Assembly: GCA_002269645.1 (NCBI GenBank)
Contig: NIVC01000036.1
Location: 62,001-126,000, forward strand
Source: Macrostomum lignano
Taxonomy: Eukaryota
Length of the DNA stretch: 64,000 bases
Direction: 5' to 3'
In this document: piece after piece, positions 21,900 through 33,067 of the stretch
Numbering within the stretch: the stretch's first letter is position 1
How the letters are laid out: each line of letters begins with the position of its first letter
Position numbers and translations under genes: made by a program
The notes under the pieces: model-generated
What the model was told of the DNA's origin: nothing
What the model saw: only the letters and a program-made list of their open reading frames with translations
Databases searched by the model: none

Positions 21900-23960
21900 A
21901 TTAGACCGATTCTGATACTAGAAAGCTTTATATCAACATTTGAATATGATTGCAATTTCCAACAACTTCAACGCGTTTCGCACGCCATGGTACATCGTCA
22001 GGATTTATGAGAACGATTTGAGAAAGTGAGATTGAAAACGATTGATTAAATATTGGTTTTTGCAACGTACACAGGTAAGGAGGGTAAGATTGAAAACAAT
22101 TGATTACAACTTGGCTTTAACAACATACATAGGTAGGTAGGAGAGAAAATTATATATTGAGATTGAAAATTAAACCAAATGCACAAAATTCTTGTCCAGT
22201 GGTCAAAAGGCAGAATCAGGGGCGGTAGCTTAAGTAATTGAACGTCAAGTTAAGTGTACACAGCGTACACGACTGTGTCACTCACTGTTCAGAAAACGCG
22301 GAGAACGTGACCTGCACCACTATGTTGTAATTGGGTGTTGAGACTCGGGGTCTGAGCTTTTATGTGCAGGGCCTCGAGAATTCTAAGTTTGGAGTCAGTA
22401 TGGCTTTGGTCAATGATTTTAAAGTGTTCTTCTGGTTTGCAGTCATTGCAGTTAGTGCATTCAAGGAGGTGAGTTTGTATAGCAGATGGTTTGAGCCAGT
22501 GTTCCCTGATCCTCGTGTGTAGGTGTCTTTTGGTTTTCCCCACGTAGGAGACGCTCTGGTCCACAGAGCAGTTAAATTGGTAGACAACACCTGCACGCAG
22601 AGTACAAGGAACACGCGACTTTAATCTGCTAACAAAGTTCCCAATCTTTTTCGTGTGGAAGACGACCCGGATGTTACGATTGAAAGAGGCAAGGAATAAC
22701 CTACGCATTCTGTTTTTAAAGGCTGGAGATGGAGGTCCGAGGAAGGGGAGACGCAGAATGGGTTCAAATTCTTCAGTGGTAACAGATTGCTCAGGTTTTT
22801 GTTTGGTGATTTTGTCCGAGATGAACTTGTTGATGATTTTTTGAACCAGACAAACGGGGTAGTCATTTTGATGGAACAGTCTGGTGAGGAACTGCACCTC
22901 CCGGTCAAAGTTGATCCAGGTGTTACAGGTAGTGAAAGCTCTATGGATCAAACACCTCACGAGCCCAGTTTTCCATTGTCTGGGGCAAGTGGCTTGGAAG
23001 TTGAGAATGAGATTGGTAAAGCTTTTCTTACGGAAGACTTTTGTGGAGAGGGTTTCCTTACTGTAGTCAATGTCAATGTCCAGGAAGGGGAGTCTTTGGT
23101 CAACAGCATGTTCAACCGTGGATTTAATGTTCTTATGAGTGGAGTTGAGAGCGTGGAGGAACAGATCAATTTTTTGCTCCTGATCAAAGATGGCAAACGT
23201 ATCGTCGACGTAGCGCCTGTAGAATTTGGGGGCACAATTGAGAGACATCCAATTTTCGGTTTCCCAGTGGGCCAAGCAGACGTTAGCCAGAGTGGGGGCC
23301 AAGGGGCTTCCCATGGCACAGCCATCAACTTGCCTATAGTATTTAATAAAGATTCCAGAGGTAGCAAAGCCCAGGAGTTTTCTAAATGACGTCTTGGCCA
23401 TGGTGGGAGGGTTCGTGTTGTACACCAACTCAGTGGCATAGTCAATGGCCAGATCAGAGGGAATGTTGGTGAAGAGAGAAACAACATCAAAACTACATAG
23501 AGAGTCGGATCTGTTGAGCGTAGGGTTGGACTTTTGAAGGTCATTGAGGAAGTCTTTGTTGGATTTGGACATGAAATTGGAAGGAATGCAGGGCTTGATA
23601 AGGGAATCCAGGTACTTGGCAACTTCGTATTCAGCGGTTTTGACCCTGGAGACAATTGGTCTAAGGGGATTGTCAGGTTTGTGGACTTTACAAACTGCGT
23701 AGAGTTGTCCCGGTTGACTGCCACTAGGGAAGATACGCTGATGGATGTTTGGTTAGATGTGTTGTTTGATATGGTTGCGGAGGAAATTTTGAAGAGATCG
23801 TTCGGCTTTGAGGATGGGATGCGACATGGTGACAGTGTCATGAGTGTCCAGGCACTGGAATTTGGCTATCGCTTTACCCCTGCCCGTTTGTTTATTGGCA
23901 CTTGCCAGTGTGCTATGGTTTTAGACCCCGCCAATCAGATGGCGTTAGTCTATTTTTGTA
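21900..23960 (-). mobile_element. Penelope-like element (RT + GIY-YIG), degenerate upstream; open frame about 23752-22289
   Basis: LYAVCKVHKPDNPLRPIVS; SFDVVSLFTNIP; GCAMGSPLAP; RYVDD; LPFLD; VVYQFNC..SYVGKTKRHLHTRIREH; LEALHI. In-frame TAA near 23755. Boundaries approximate. Confidence 0.88.
21970..22001 (-). ncRNA. Minimal type I hammerhead ribozyme motif in the PLE 3' region
   Basis: CUGACGA-UGUAC(CAUGGC)GUGC-GAAA-CGCG-UU with a palindromic ACGCGU stem III. Stem I is weak. Confidence 0.55.
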
Positions 23961-24289
23961 CGTAGCTTCGTGTAATAAACTACTTTCGTCACTTAGGTCT
24001 ATTTCTATTTCTGTGTCTATTCTCCTTTGCTTACAAAAATGACTCAATTTTGTCTTGACTAGCAGCATGTACCCATAGTAAAATACGGAGGATTCTGCTG
24101 CAGGCGCCTAGACTGACTGCAAAGGTTGCAAAAGAGGAATAAAGGCATGGACGAGCGTCAGAAGAATGCTGAAAATAACCAGGCAGAGCAGAAGGCAATG
24201 GACCGTCAGTACAGATATGTGTGGAGTAGCAAAACGAAAAAAACGAAGGAGTACGCAAAGCGAAGAAGAAGATGCTGACACTCATCTCT

Positions 24290-25325
24290 TACTGGAATGA
24301 ACTGCTACGATCGGCGAAGATGGATACACTGGAAGTAGGCAACCTTGTGAAGGACAGACTGTGATGGAAGGAAGTCTTCAAAAGAAGAGACAGGTAGTTG
24401 GAAAGCGAGGAAAAGCACCGAAAGAAGGCGAGCAGAAATAGCTGAACATGTGGCCGAAGTTGAGAACAAACTGACCGGCTACAGATGCCGTTACCCAGAG
24501 TGCGACAAGATAAGCAGGTTACGTGGTGGAGTCGCGATTCATCAAAAGAGATGCCATAGGGAGTCGACGTTCAGAATGAGCTGTGGGAAGTGCGGGAGCG
24601 ATGTCTTCAAGAGCAAAGCCACGAGAAAGAACCACGAGAAATGGTGTCAGGGAGGCGGCATGAACAGCACCAAAAAAGAAGGTAAGCGGTGCGGTAGCTA
24701 AATTTCAAAGTCGAACTTTGCACTGCCCACGAGGACCTGTGGCGGAAGGAAAGAAGAGAAAAACATCAACAGAGAGGAAGGTGTAACACCGGGGGCCGTA
24801 GCCCAGCGGTAGCGCAGCTGCTCTGGTGTGCCGCAACCCAGGCTCGATTCCAAGTGCAGCCACATTAATTTGGGGCTGGATTGAAATCTTGGCTTGGTTC
24901 GCTTGTGCAATTAACGGCCTTGAGAGCCAACCCCCCAAGGCGCAGTGAAGTGTACATGCCTATCAATTGATAAAGTTAGGGCCGCTGTACACTCCTGTGT
25001 GAGTATGTGCCTGCGTAACGTATCCGCGCGCTTGTATGCCTGCTCAGGGGAGTCGGCGGAATGGGCAGTAATGCCTCTCGCCGGTTGTGTGCCTATGTCG
25101 CTTAAAGTGCGCCGGGGTGCACACAACCCCCCTGCCTCTAATAAAAAAAAGGTGTAACACCGAAAGGCGAGAATTTACAAGGGCAAACAAGCGCGATGCA
25201 AATACTGCGACAGAATGCTGTCGGCGACGAATATTGCGCGTCACGAGAGGCTGCGCACGGAAAGACGGGATGAAATCTTCGGGACCTACGCCACAAGGCG
25301 ATAAAAAAGGCAGAAGAAGAAGAAA
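24290..25325 (+). mobile_element. 5'-truncated, degenerate RTE-like LINE 3' end with multiple Zn fingers and a (GAA)n tail, interrupted by a SINE
   Basis: ...VKDRL*WKEV; CRYPECDK..GGVAIHQKRC; CGKCG..RKNHEKWC; after the SINE, CKYCDRMLSATNIARH, then AGAAGAAGAAGAA. Confidence 0.6.
24792..25148 (+). mobile_element. tRNA-derived SINE, full length, with 14-bp TSD
   Basis: A box TAGCCCAGCGG, B box GCTCGATTCC, A-rich tail. TSD AAGGTGTAACACCG at 24778-24791 and 25149-25162. Other copies at 34130-34270 and 54835-59194. Confidence 0.88.
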
Positions 25326-26640
25326 ATAAGCACAATGCATATTTCGCACTGATCAGTAATTTCTATGTGTACATGTTCAAAGAGTTTAGCGTGTCGAATG
25401 GAAGCAAAGAGTTGGAGAGAATAGCTAACTTTGACAACTTTGAGAACCCCGATTACGTCCAGTTGGGGAGTGGAGCTGGCTTAATCCCAATGAGCAAAAG
25501 GGAAATGTGAATGACTGCAGTTACAAAAAAAGAAAGATGTAACTATCCTCTTGCAGGTGCAAACGATGCTGCTAAGAACCCACAGTTTAGGTCTGTAGAC
25601 ATTTTTTACCTTGGAGATTTATGAGTTGTTTCTGTAATAGTTTTATTCTGTTGACAATTCGTTAGCTACACATTTAGGTTCACTAGAGTAAATTGAGATC
25701 AAGGAATTTGAACAGGAGCTGAGCTGACCATACAAGGCTGGTCAATATGAGAGGAAAATAAAGCTAAATATGATCAACAACTCGTCAAGTAAAGTTTGGG
25801 TTAAAAAAAGAAAACTAAATAGTAGGTTAGAAAAATGGAAGCTATAATCGAAAGAATAATAAATAATGTTGTCTCCCACGCAGACACGCATTCCAGTTAC
25901 TGTTATTGGAAGAATTACTAAATCAAACGAAATTTTCATAGAAAAAAATAGAACAGCCTATTCAATTGGATGCTGAGGCGAATTATCATGTTTATCTTAA
26001 TGACTTTACAGGTTGGTCGAATGGCCCTACTGTGACCCTGATCCTAGCTAATAGCAAGTTCTACTACAAATAAAAAGGTGAGGCAGCTGAGGCAATTTCC
26101 ATTTACCGTAGGAACACAGGGTGTTGAGATACTTATGATTACTTCTTGGAAAAGGTTTTACGACAACAAAAAAATTCCTGTTAAACTAACCTATGATGTC
26201 ATTGTGATGAGATTGGTCCTACAAGTTCATAAGGACGCTGAGATTAAGTTTAAAAAACAACACATGGTACAATGAGTTGAGTTTTGACGCAAAAGTTTAC
26301 AAACACGGTTTGTTCTTGGCACCAAATATTGCTGATATTGTTAAAGGTTTAAATAGTTTAATTCGCAGCAATTTGAGTCTCGATTGAGTCTATGAATGTA
26401 AACGAACCAACATACTGTTCAACATTTCAACCTTTATGAATTCTATTCTATTCCAATTGTAGAGCAGATGGTATTGAATTTCAGGTCTTTGACCACTTCT
26501 ATCAATTCTAAAGTCTTGTTAAACTCTCGCATTCGTCTGAGCTCTCCTGCAGATTTGGCTGCATCAATTCCCCCCCCCCTTTCACAGCTGTGGCTATTGA
26601 ACCTGTTGTTACTATCTTTAACTACATTGCCCAGTGAGCC

Positions 26641-26855
26641 GGCTTCCAGACTCCGAGCAGTGCGGAGCCCGACGGAGGCTGGCGCTGGGTGGCCTGCAAC
26701 ATCAGCTTGGACGCCAGCCTGTGGGACAGCGGAGAGCCCGACAGCCGCTTCGGAGGCACAGAGGACGCCATTGCCGCCCGAAGCATTCTGGGAGACGCTT
26801 GTGTTGCGGTGCAGTCAGAGCCGGCCTGTGCGAGTGCCTGTCTCCTTTCGACTGA
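26641..26855 (+). pseudogene. Isolated 3' fragment of the PAN+CTLD gene
   Basis: GFQTP..EPDGGWRWVACNISLDASLWDSGEPDSRFGGTEDAIAARSILGDAC; 1-nt deletion in the last loop. Confidence 0.9.
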
Positions 26856-27323
26856 CAGTTAAAAGCAATTAAAATAATTTTAGAGCTGAACTTAAACTAT
26901 GCAGCTTTGGCGTCCCAATACCAACGCAAGCATTGAGACAGTTCAAGGAGTTCCAACTAAAAGCAGGATTTTCTGCTTCAAGCGCTTTCATGCCTGGAGC
27001 CAGCTGCGAGCATCCACAGACCTGCGCTGTCGATGGCTTTCTTGATTTAAAGCTCCTTCCTTGCTTGCTGAGAGCCTCTGAAAGTCATAAAAAGCAATAT
27101 AAATGGTAAAAAATTGTTTTTTGTAGCATTGTTCTGTTGCACAATTCCCAATTTCAAAGATTTAAAAAGATATATTCGATTGGCCAGAGCAGAGCTGCTG
27201 CTCACTGAGGCTGCCCTTCAAACATCAGGGCGGCAATAAAGTGCGTCTCTTTCTGCAAGAATATTTTTGCAGTTTATTTTTAACTCAGCCCAAACAGCCC
27301 ATAAAAAGTTAAGAGCGTCGAAC

Positions 27324-28068
27324 ATGACATCAATGAAAGTTGTGTCCCTGCTGCTGCTGCTGCTGCTGCTGATGCTGAGCTCACCCGCTGTGTCCCCAGG
27401 CCAGGTGTTCCACGCCATCAACGGCTCGCTCTGCATCCGGCCAGAGTTCGTCAGAAACGAGCCTCAAGCCAGGTCGGACATCGAGTGCTCGCTGCTCTGC
27501 AGCATGGAGCCGCGCTGTCAGGCGTTCAGCCTGGCTGACGGTCCGTGCCAGCTGTTCGTGTTCGACAAGTGCAGCAAGTCGGTGAGGGACTGCGGCTGCT
27601 CCAGGAGAGGCCGGGTGTTCGTGAAGCAGCAGCCAGGACTCGAGCCGGGTGCGCTGTGTCCGTCCGACTACGGAGACGACCACTGCGGAGTGAAGTACAA
27701 GCTGTTCAATGCGATCAACACCTGGGCAGTGCAGAGACAGAGGTGCGAGTCGGAGAGCGGTCTGGTGATCATGGCGGACATGATCGACAGCGCCGAGCTG
27801 GCTGCCATCGGACAAGTTTACAACACGAAGGGTGGCGGCGTCTCCATGTGGGTCGGCGGCTTCCAGACTCCGGGCAGTGCGGGAGCCCGATAGAGGCTGG
27901 TGCTGGGTGGCCTGCAACATCAGCTTCGACGCCAGCCTGTGGAACAGCGCAGAGCCCGACAACAGAGGAGGCAGCGAGGACGCAGTATTTGCTCGCTTAG
28001 GTCTTGGTGACGCCTACCAAGGAACGTCAAGGAACGGGCTGTGCGAGTGCGTGTCGCCGTTCGAATGA
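27324..28068 (+). pseudogene. PAN+CTLD copy (class B signal peptide) with a +1 frameshift at about 27880
   Basis: GCGGGAGCCC versus GCGGAGCCC in paralogs. The downstream frame continues WCWVAC...EPDNRGGSEDAVFARLGLGDAYQGTSRNGLCECVSPFE. Confidence 0.85.
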
Positions 28069-29108
28069 CGCACCGATGAGCTCAATATGCTTGTTTTGAA
28101 TTTAGGCTAAATTTTCGTATGCCCTTCATCACCCGACGTGTACTCACATGAGTCTGTACGATTGTTCCGCCGAAACTTTTCTCGTCAATATTCCCGTGCT
28201 TTTTTACCGACAATATTTGCTACTGCCCTCTGGCTTTGTTCAACTCTTCTGACGAATGTTGCGGAACTACGCAGTCCTTAAGTATCACAATTAAACTATC
28301 CTAGCTAGTCGAAAGACGACGCTGTAATGTCTCTTTTGAACAAATAAAAGGAACTTACTTATTATCGTCACAATGAAATGGCACTTTTCGAAAAAAACAG
28401 GCTTATAATGCTTACTACTATTAATTTATTTATTGTTAGATATGGTTCTTTGGTCTCAGGTTAGTTGACAGGCGCACAGTGGGAGGTCAGTGCAAGGGGC
28501 AGAGGAGGCAGTGGGGTGTCCCAGTTTAGGAGAGACAGCGCAAAGTTATTTTTTTGGCTGACTGCAGGGCTCAAGGTCTCATATTTGCTGTGTGTCTCAT
28601 TATCTAAAACCTACCTGCTTGTCGTAGAACTGACGACATTCTTTTCGATCAGAAAAATGCGCTCGTAATTACAGTCTCTGCTTTAGCTCCAAATACAATG
28701 GATTTTAAATTGCTTTGCCGCTTCCAGTTATTTTAGCCTGCCTTCAATGTCAGTAGATTGCTAGTCCCGATGCTAAAGTTGATGTCCGTCTTTAAGCGGC
28801 CAAGAAGCCAATCCGCTTGTGATTGCTACGAACATTGAACTAGTCGGTTTCCTGTAGGTTAAACTATAGCGTAGCCGCTTGGCAGTTTAGTCGAAAGACG
28901 GCAACTAAAATGTGTTGAAAATCGCATTTAAAATAAAAAAAAGTCGTTACATTTTTTGTTTGGATATTTATCTCGCTAAACTGCCTCAATGCTGTCTCAA
29001 TGCTATTCTACTTAAAGTTTGTGGAGCAGTAACCATAACAGTCTGAGACGTCAACGCTGCATAATAATCAAAGGTCAGATCCAAAATTCTCTTAAGTCCT
29101 TTCAACAG

Positions 29109-29852
29109 TCAGTTAAACGGCGACAGGCACTCGCACAGACCGGTTCTGACTGCGCCGCGACTGTCAGCGTCTCCCAGAAAGGTTCGGGCGGCCACCGCGT
29201 TCTCGGTACCTCTGTACCGGTTGTCGGGTTCTCCGCTGCCCCACAGGCTGGCGTCGAAGCTGATGTCGCAGGCCACCCAGCGCCAGCCTCCGTCGGGCTC
29301 CGCACTGCCCGGAGTCTGGAAGCCGCCGACCCACATGGAGACGCCGCCACCCTTCGTGTTGAAAACTTGTCCGATGGCAGCCAGCTCGGCGCTGTCGATC
29401 ACGTCCGCCATGATCACCAGACCGCTCTCCGACTCGCACCTCTGTCTCTGCACTGCCCAGGTGTTAATCGCATTAAAGAGCTTGTACTTCACTCCGCAGT
29501 GGTCGTCTCCGAAGTCGGACGGACACAGCGCACCCGGCTCGAGTCCCGGCTGCTGCTTCACGAACACTCGGCCTCTCCTGGAGCAGCCGCAGTCCCTCAC
29601 CGACTTGCTGCACTTGTCGAACACGAACAGCTGGCACGGACCGTCAGCCAGGCTGAACGCCTGACAGCGCGGCTCCATGCTGCAGAGCAGCGAGCACTCG
29701 ATGTCCGACCTGGCTTGAGGCTCGTTTCTGACGAAATCTGGCCGGATGCAGAGAAAGCCAGACATGGCTTGGTACACCTGACCTGAAGACACACCGGGTG
29801 AGCTCAGCAGCAGCAGCAGAAGCAGCTGCGGCGCGATGTTTGCCGATACCAT
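29109..29852 (-). CDS. Secreted PAN/apple + CTLD protein, intact (247 aa, class A 5' end)
   Basis: Poly-Leu signal peptide; IECSLLCSMEPRCQAFSLADGPCQLF (PAN-like Cys pattern); WVGGFQ..WRW..W.SGEPDN..GLCE (CTLD). Confidence 0.85.
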   Translation of the reverse strand: MVSANIAPQLLLLLLLSSPGVSSGQVYQAMSGFLCIRPDFVRNEPQARSDIECSLLCSMEPRCQAFSLADGPCQLFVFDKCSKSVRDCGCSRRGRVFVKQQPGLEPGALCPSDFGDDHCGVKYKLFNAINTWAVQRQRCESESGLVIMADVIDSAELAAIGQVFNTKGGGVSMWVGGFQTPGSAEPDGGWRWVACDISFDASLWGSGEPDNRYRGTENAVAARTFLGDADSRGAVRTGLCECLSPFN

Positions 29853-30664
29853 TGGGGAGCTTCTTCAGACCTTCGGCAAGCACAGAACTGCAGCGGGCTC
29901 TACAAACGAATGAAGTCCTCGCTTAAAGCTGTTTGCCAGACGCGACTAAATAAAGTCAAATGGGAAACTCGGCTTCTAAACCAACAAGACGACAGCTGGA
30001 TTGTCGCAGTAAATATTGAGTTTTGAATAAGAAATTTTACACCTGTTCGTCTGCTGCTGTCAGCTTGAGTAATACGACTGACAGGCTGTCTGAGTCTGCA
30101 GCACCTGCCTTGCATCCCAAGCCATCGAAAATTCAGCTTTAACTCTCATCAAGTGCTCGCTTGATTGATTTTTAAGTAGGCGAGAAATTTTCATCGATTC
30201 TGTTGCCAATAGGATAAAAAATAGGATAGGATAAAATAAAATAGAATCCTGCTTTCGACGCCATTGTTGTGTTTTATGCGTTGACACTGCGTTGAGCCGA
30301 AGGCTGTTATCAGAAGAGCATGGCTTAAGTTGCATGTATATTTTGTTTAACGATATAACTCGAGGCAAGCCTTAATAGAGTCAGTTGGTATAGCTGCTTG
30401 GGACACAGACAAAATAATTAACGCTGGGGCAACGACTGAAAATAAAAGTACATTGGATTCGAATCGGTATACAACACATCTCTCGGAGAGGAACATCTGC
30501 TAGAAGATCGCGGAGAGAGAGTTGGAGAGGAGCTCCAGCATCTTTTGAGAAATTGGATTGATAGTGCTGGAAACGTTTGTGTTAAAAGCAGCCGACACAC
30601 TGGCACACCGCTGATAGAGTTTGATATAATTTGAAATCTTATGTGTCTGATCATTTGGTCTCAG

Positions 30665-30895
30665 GCGACTCAGCTCCAGTATCTCACTGGTAGCTTACAT
30701 ATGCATGGATTATTTTACAGGGCTACTCAGCTCCAGTATCTCACTGGTAGCTTACATATGCATGGATTATTTTACAGGGCTACTCAGCTCCAGCATCTCA
30801 CTGGTAGCTCACATGTGCATGGATTATTTTACAGGACTACTCAGCTCCAGCATCTCACTGGTAGCTCACATGTGCATGGATTATTTTACAGGACT
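30665..30895. repeat. 57-bp tandem repeat, about 4 copies
   Basis: Unit GCTACTCAGCTCCAGTATCTCACTGGTAGCTTACATATGCATGGATTATTTTACAGG; no spacers. Confidence 0.92.
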
Positions 30896-30989
30896 ATTAC
30901 AGTCTAAGTGAAAGTTCGGCTGCAGTTGGGCGTTGATATTCATAAGCCAAACAGCAGACTTTGCTGCTGAGTTTCTGAACTTCATCTGC

Positions 30990-31272
30990 CTCTCCTCTCC
31001 CCTCCTGGAACAGCCGCAGTCCCTCACCGACTTGCTGCACTTGTCGAACACGAACAGCTGGCACGAACCGTCAGCCAGGCTGAACGCCTGATAGCGCGGC
31101 TTCATGCTGCAGAGGTTTGAGCACTCGATGTCCGACCTGGCTCGAGGCTTGTTTCTGACGAACTCTGGCAGAGAAATCCAGACACGGCTTGGAACACCTG
31201 GCCTGAAGACACACCGGGTGAGCTCAGCAGCAGCAGCAGAAGCAGCGGTGGCGCGATGTTTGCCGATGCCAT
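30990..31272 (-). pseudogene. 5' fragment of PAN+CTLD (class A), with a 7-nt deletion and 3' truncation
   Basis: MASANIAPPLLLLLLLSSPGVSSGQVFQAVSGFLC then frameshift; homology ends after CGCSR. Confidence 0.88.
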
Positions 31273-31712
31273 TCGCTGTAGTTTCTTCGATCCAGTTTCC
31301 AAGCTCTCAATTTCACAGGTTTTGCAGCACATAACGCTGAAAATTGCAGAGGCCTCTGCAAGAGCAAGAGTCCCGGCTGGCTTTCTGTTCTCCAGACGCG
31401 ACTAAATAAAGTCAATTAATTTATTTAGCTGCTCACCAGACTGGAGCAGACATTCAACACTGTACATTTGGTCTGTAGGCGACTGCAGCTCATGCAGCTC
31501 ATCCGTTTGGCCAATTGGCGAAATTTCCAGGTCCAAAAATTAAAGCAGAGCCCTTCGATTGGCCAGAGCAGAGCTACTCAATGAGGCTGTAAACATCAGG
31601 GCGGCCATAAAGTGCGTCTCTTTGTGCAAAAAGATTTTGCCATCATTTTCAACTCAGCCCCAAAACTGCAGCTAACAAATTCCAAGCCACATAGAAACTG
31701 AGAGTGTCGAAC

Positions 31713-32453
31713 ATGACATCAATGAAAGTTGTGTCGCTGCTGCTGCTGCTTCTGCTGAGCTCACCCGCTGTGTCCCCTGGCCAGGTGTTCCACGCCATCA
31801 ACGGCTCGCTCTGCATCCGGCCCGAGTTCGTCAGAAACGAGCTTCTGGCCAAGTTGAGCGTCGAGTGCTCGCTGCTCTGCAGCATGGAGCCGCGCTGTCA
31901 GGCGTTCAGCCTGGCTGACGGTCCGTGCCAGCTGTTCGTGTTCGACAAGTGCAGCAAGTCGGTGAGGGACTGCGGCTGCTCCAGGAGAGGCCGGGTGTTC
32001 GTGAAGCAGCAGCCGGGACTCGAGCCGGGTGCGCTGTGTCCGTCCGACTTCGGAGACGACCACTGCGGAGTGAAGTACAAGCTCTTCAATACGATTAACA
32101 CCTGGGCAGTGCAGAGACAGAGGTGCGAGTCGGAGAGCGGTCTGGTGATCATGGCGGACGTGATCGACAGCGCCGAGCTGGCTGCCATCGGACAAGTTTT
32201 CAACACGAAGGGTGGCGGCGTCTCCATGTGGGTCGGCGGCTTCCAGACTTCGGGCAGTGCGGAGCCCAACGGAGGCTGGCGCTGGGTGGCCTGCAACATC
32301 AGCTTCGACGCCAGCCTGTGGGGCAGCGGAGAACCCGACAACCGGAACGGAGGTACCGAGAACGCGGTGGCCTCCCGAACCTTTCTGGGAGACGCTGACA
32401 GTCGCGGCGCAGTCAGAACCGGTCTGTGCGAGTGCCTGTCGCCGTTTAACTGA
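31713..32453 (+). CDS. Secreted PAN/apple + CTLD protein, intact (246 aa, class B)
   Basis: Open from MTSMKVVSLL to SPFN*; same domain motifs as the other copies. Confidence 0.85.
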   Translation: MTSMKVVSLLLLLLLSSPAVSPGQVFHAINGSLCIRPEFVRNELLAKLSVECSLLCSMEPRCQAFSLADGPCQLFVFDKCSKSVRDCGCSRRGRVFVKQQPGLEPGALCPSDFGDDHCGVKYKLFNTINTWAVQRQRCESESGLVIMADVIDSAELAAIGQVFNTKGGGVSMWVGGFQTSGSAEPNGGWRWVACNISFDASLWGSGEPDNRNGGTENAVASRTFLGDADSRGAVRTGLCECLSPFN

Positions 32454-33067
32454 CTGTTGAAAGGACTTAAGAGAATTTTGGATCTGATCTTTGATTATTA
32501 TGCAGCGTTGACGTCTCAGACTGTTTTGGTTACTGCTGCACAAACTTTAAGTAGAATAGCATTGAGACAGCATTGAGGCAGTTTAGCGAGATAAATATCC
32601 AAACAAAAATGTAAGAACTTTTTGTTGATTTTAAATGCGATTTTCAACACATTTTAGTTGCCGTCTTTCGACTAAACTGCCAAGCGGCTACGCTATAGTT
32701 TAACCTACAGGAAACCGACTAGTTCAATGTTCGTAGCAATCACAAACGGATTGGCTTCTTGGCCGCTTAAAGACGGACATCAACTTTAGCATCGGAACTA
32801 GCAATCTACTGACATTGAAGGCAGGCTAAAATAACTGGAAGCGGCAAAGCAATTTAAAATCCATTGTATTTGGAGCTAAAGCAGAGACTGCATTTTTCTG
32901 ATCGTAAAATAATGTCAGATCTACGACAAGCAGGTAGGTTTTAGATAATGAGACACAGCAAAAATGAGACCTTGAGCCCCGCAGTCAGCCAAAAAATTAA
33001 CTTTGCGCTGCCTCTCCTAAATTGGGACACCCCACTGCCTCCTCTGCCCCTTGCACTGACCTCCCAC

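Noticed and set aside
24792-24865. Functional tRNA gene (also considered for 59115-59194 and about 17690-17745)
   Set aside because: No proper cloverleaf or acceptor stem; these are SINE heads or captured fragments.
30665-30895. CRISPR-like array (also considered for 14255-14730, 38330-39225 and 59345-59790)
   Set aside because: Units are contiguous without unique spacers; no cas genes; eukaryotic context.
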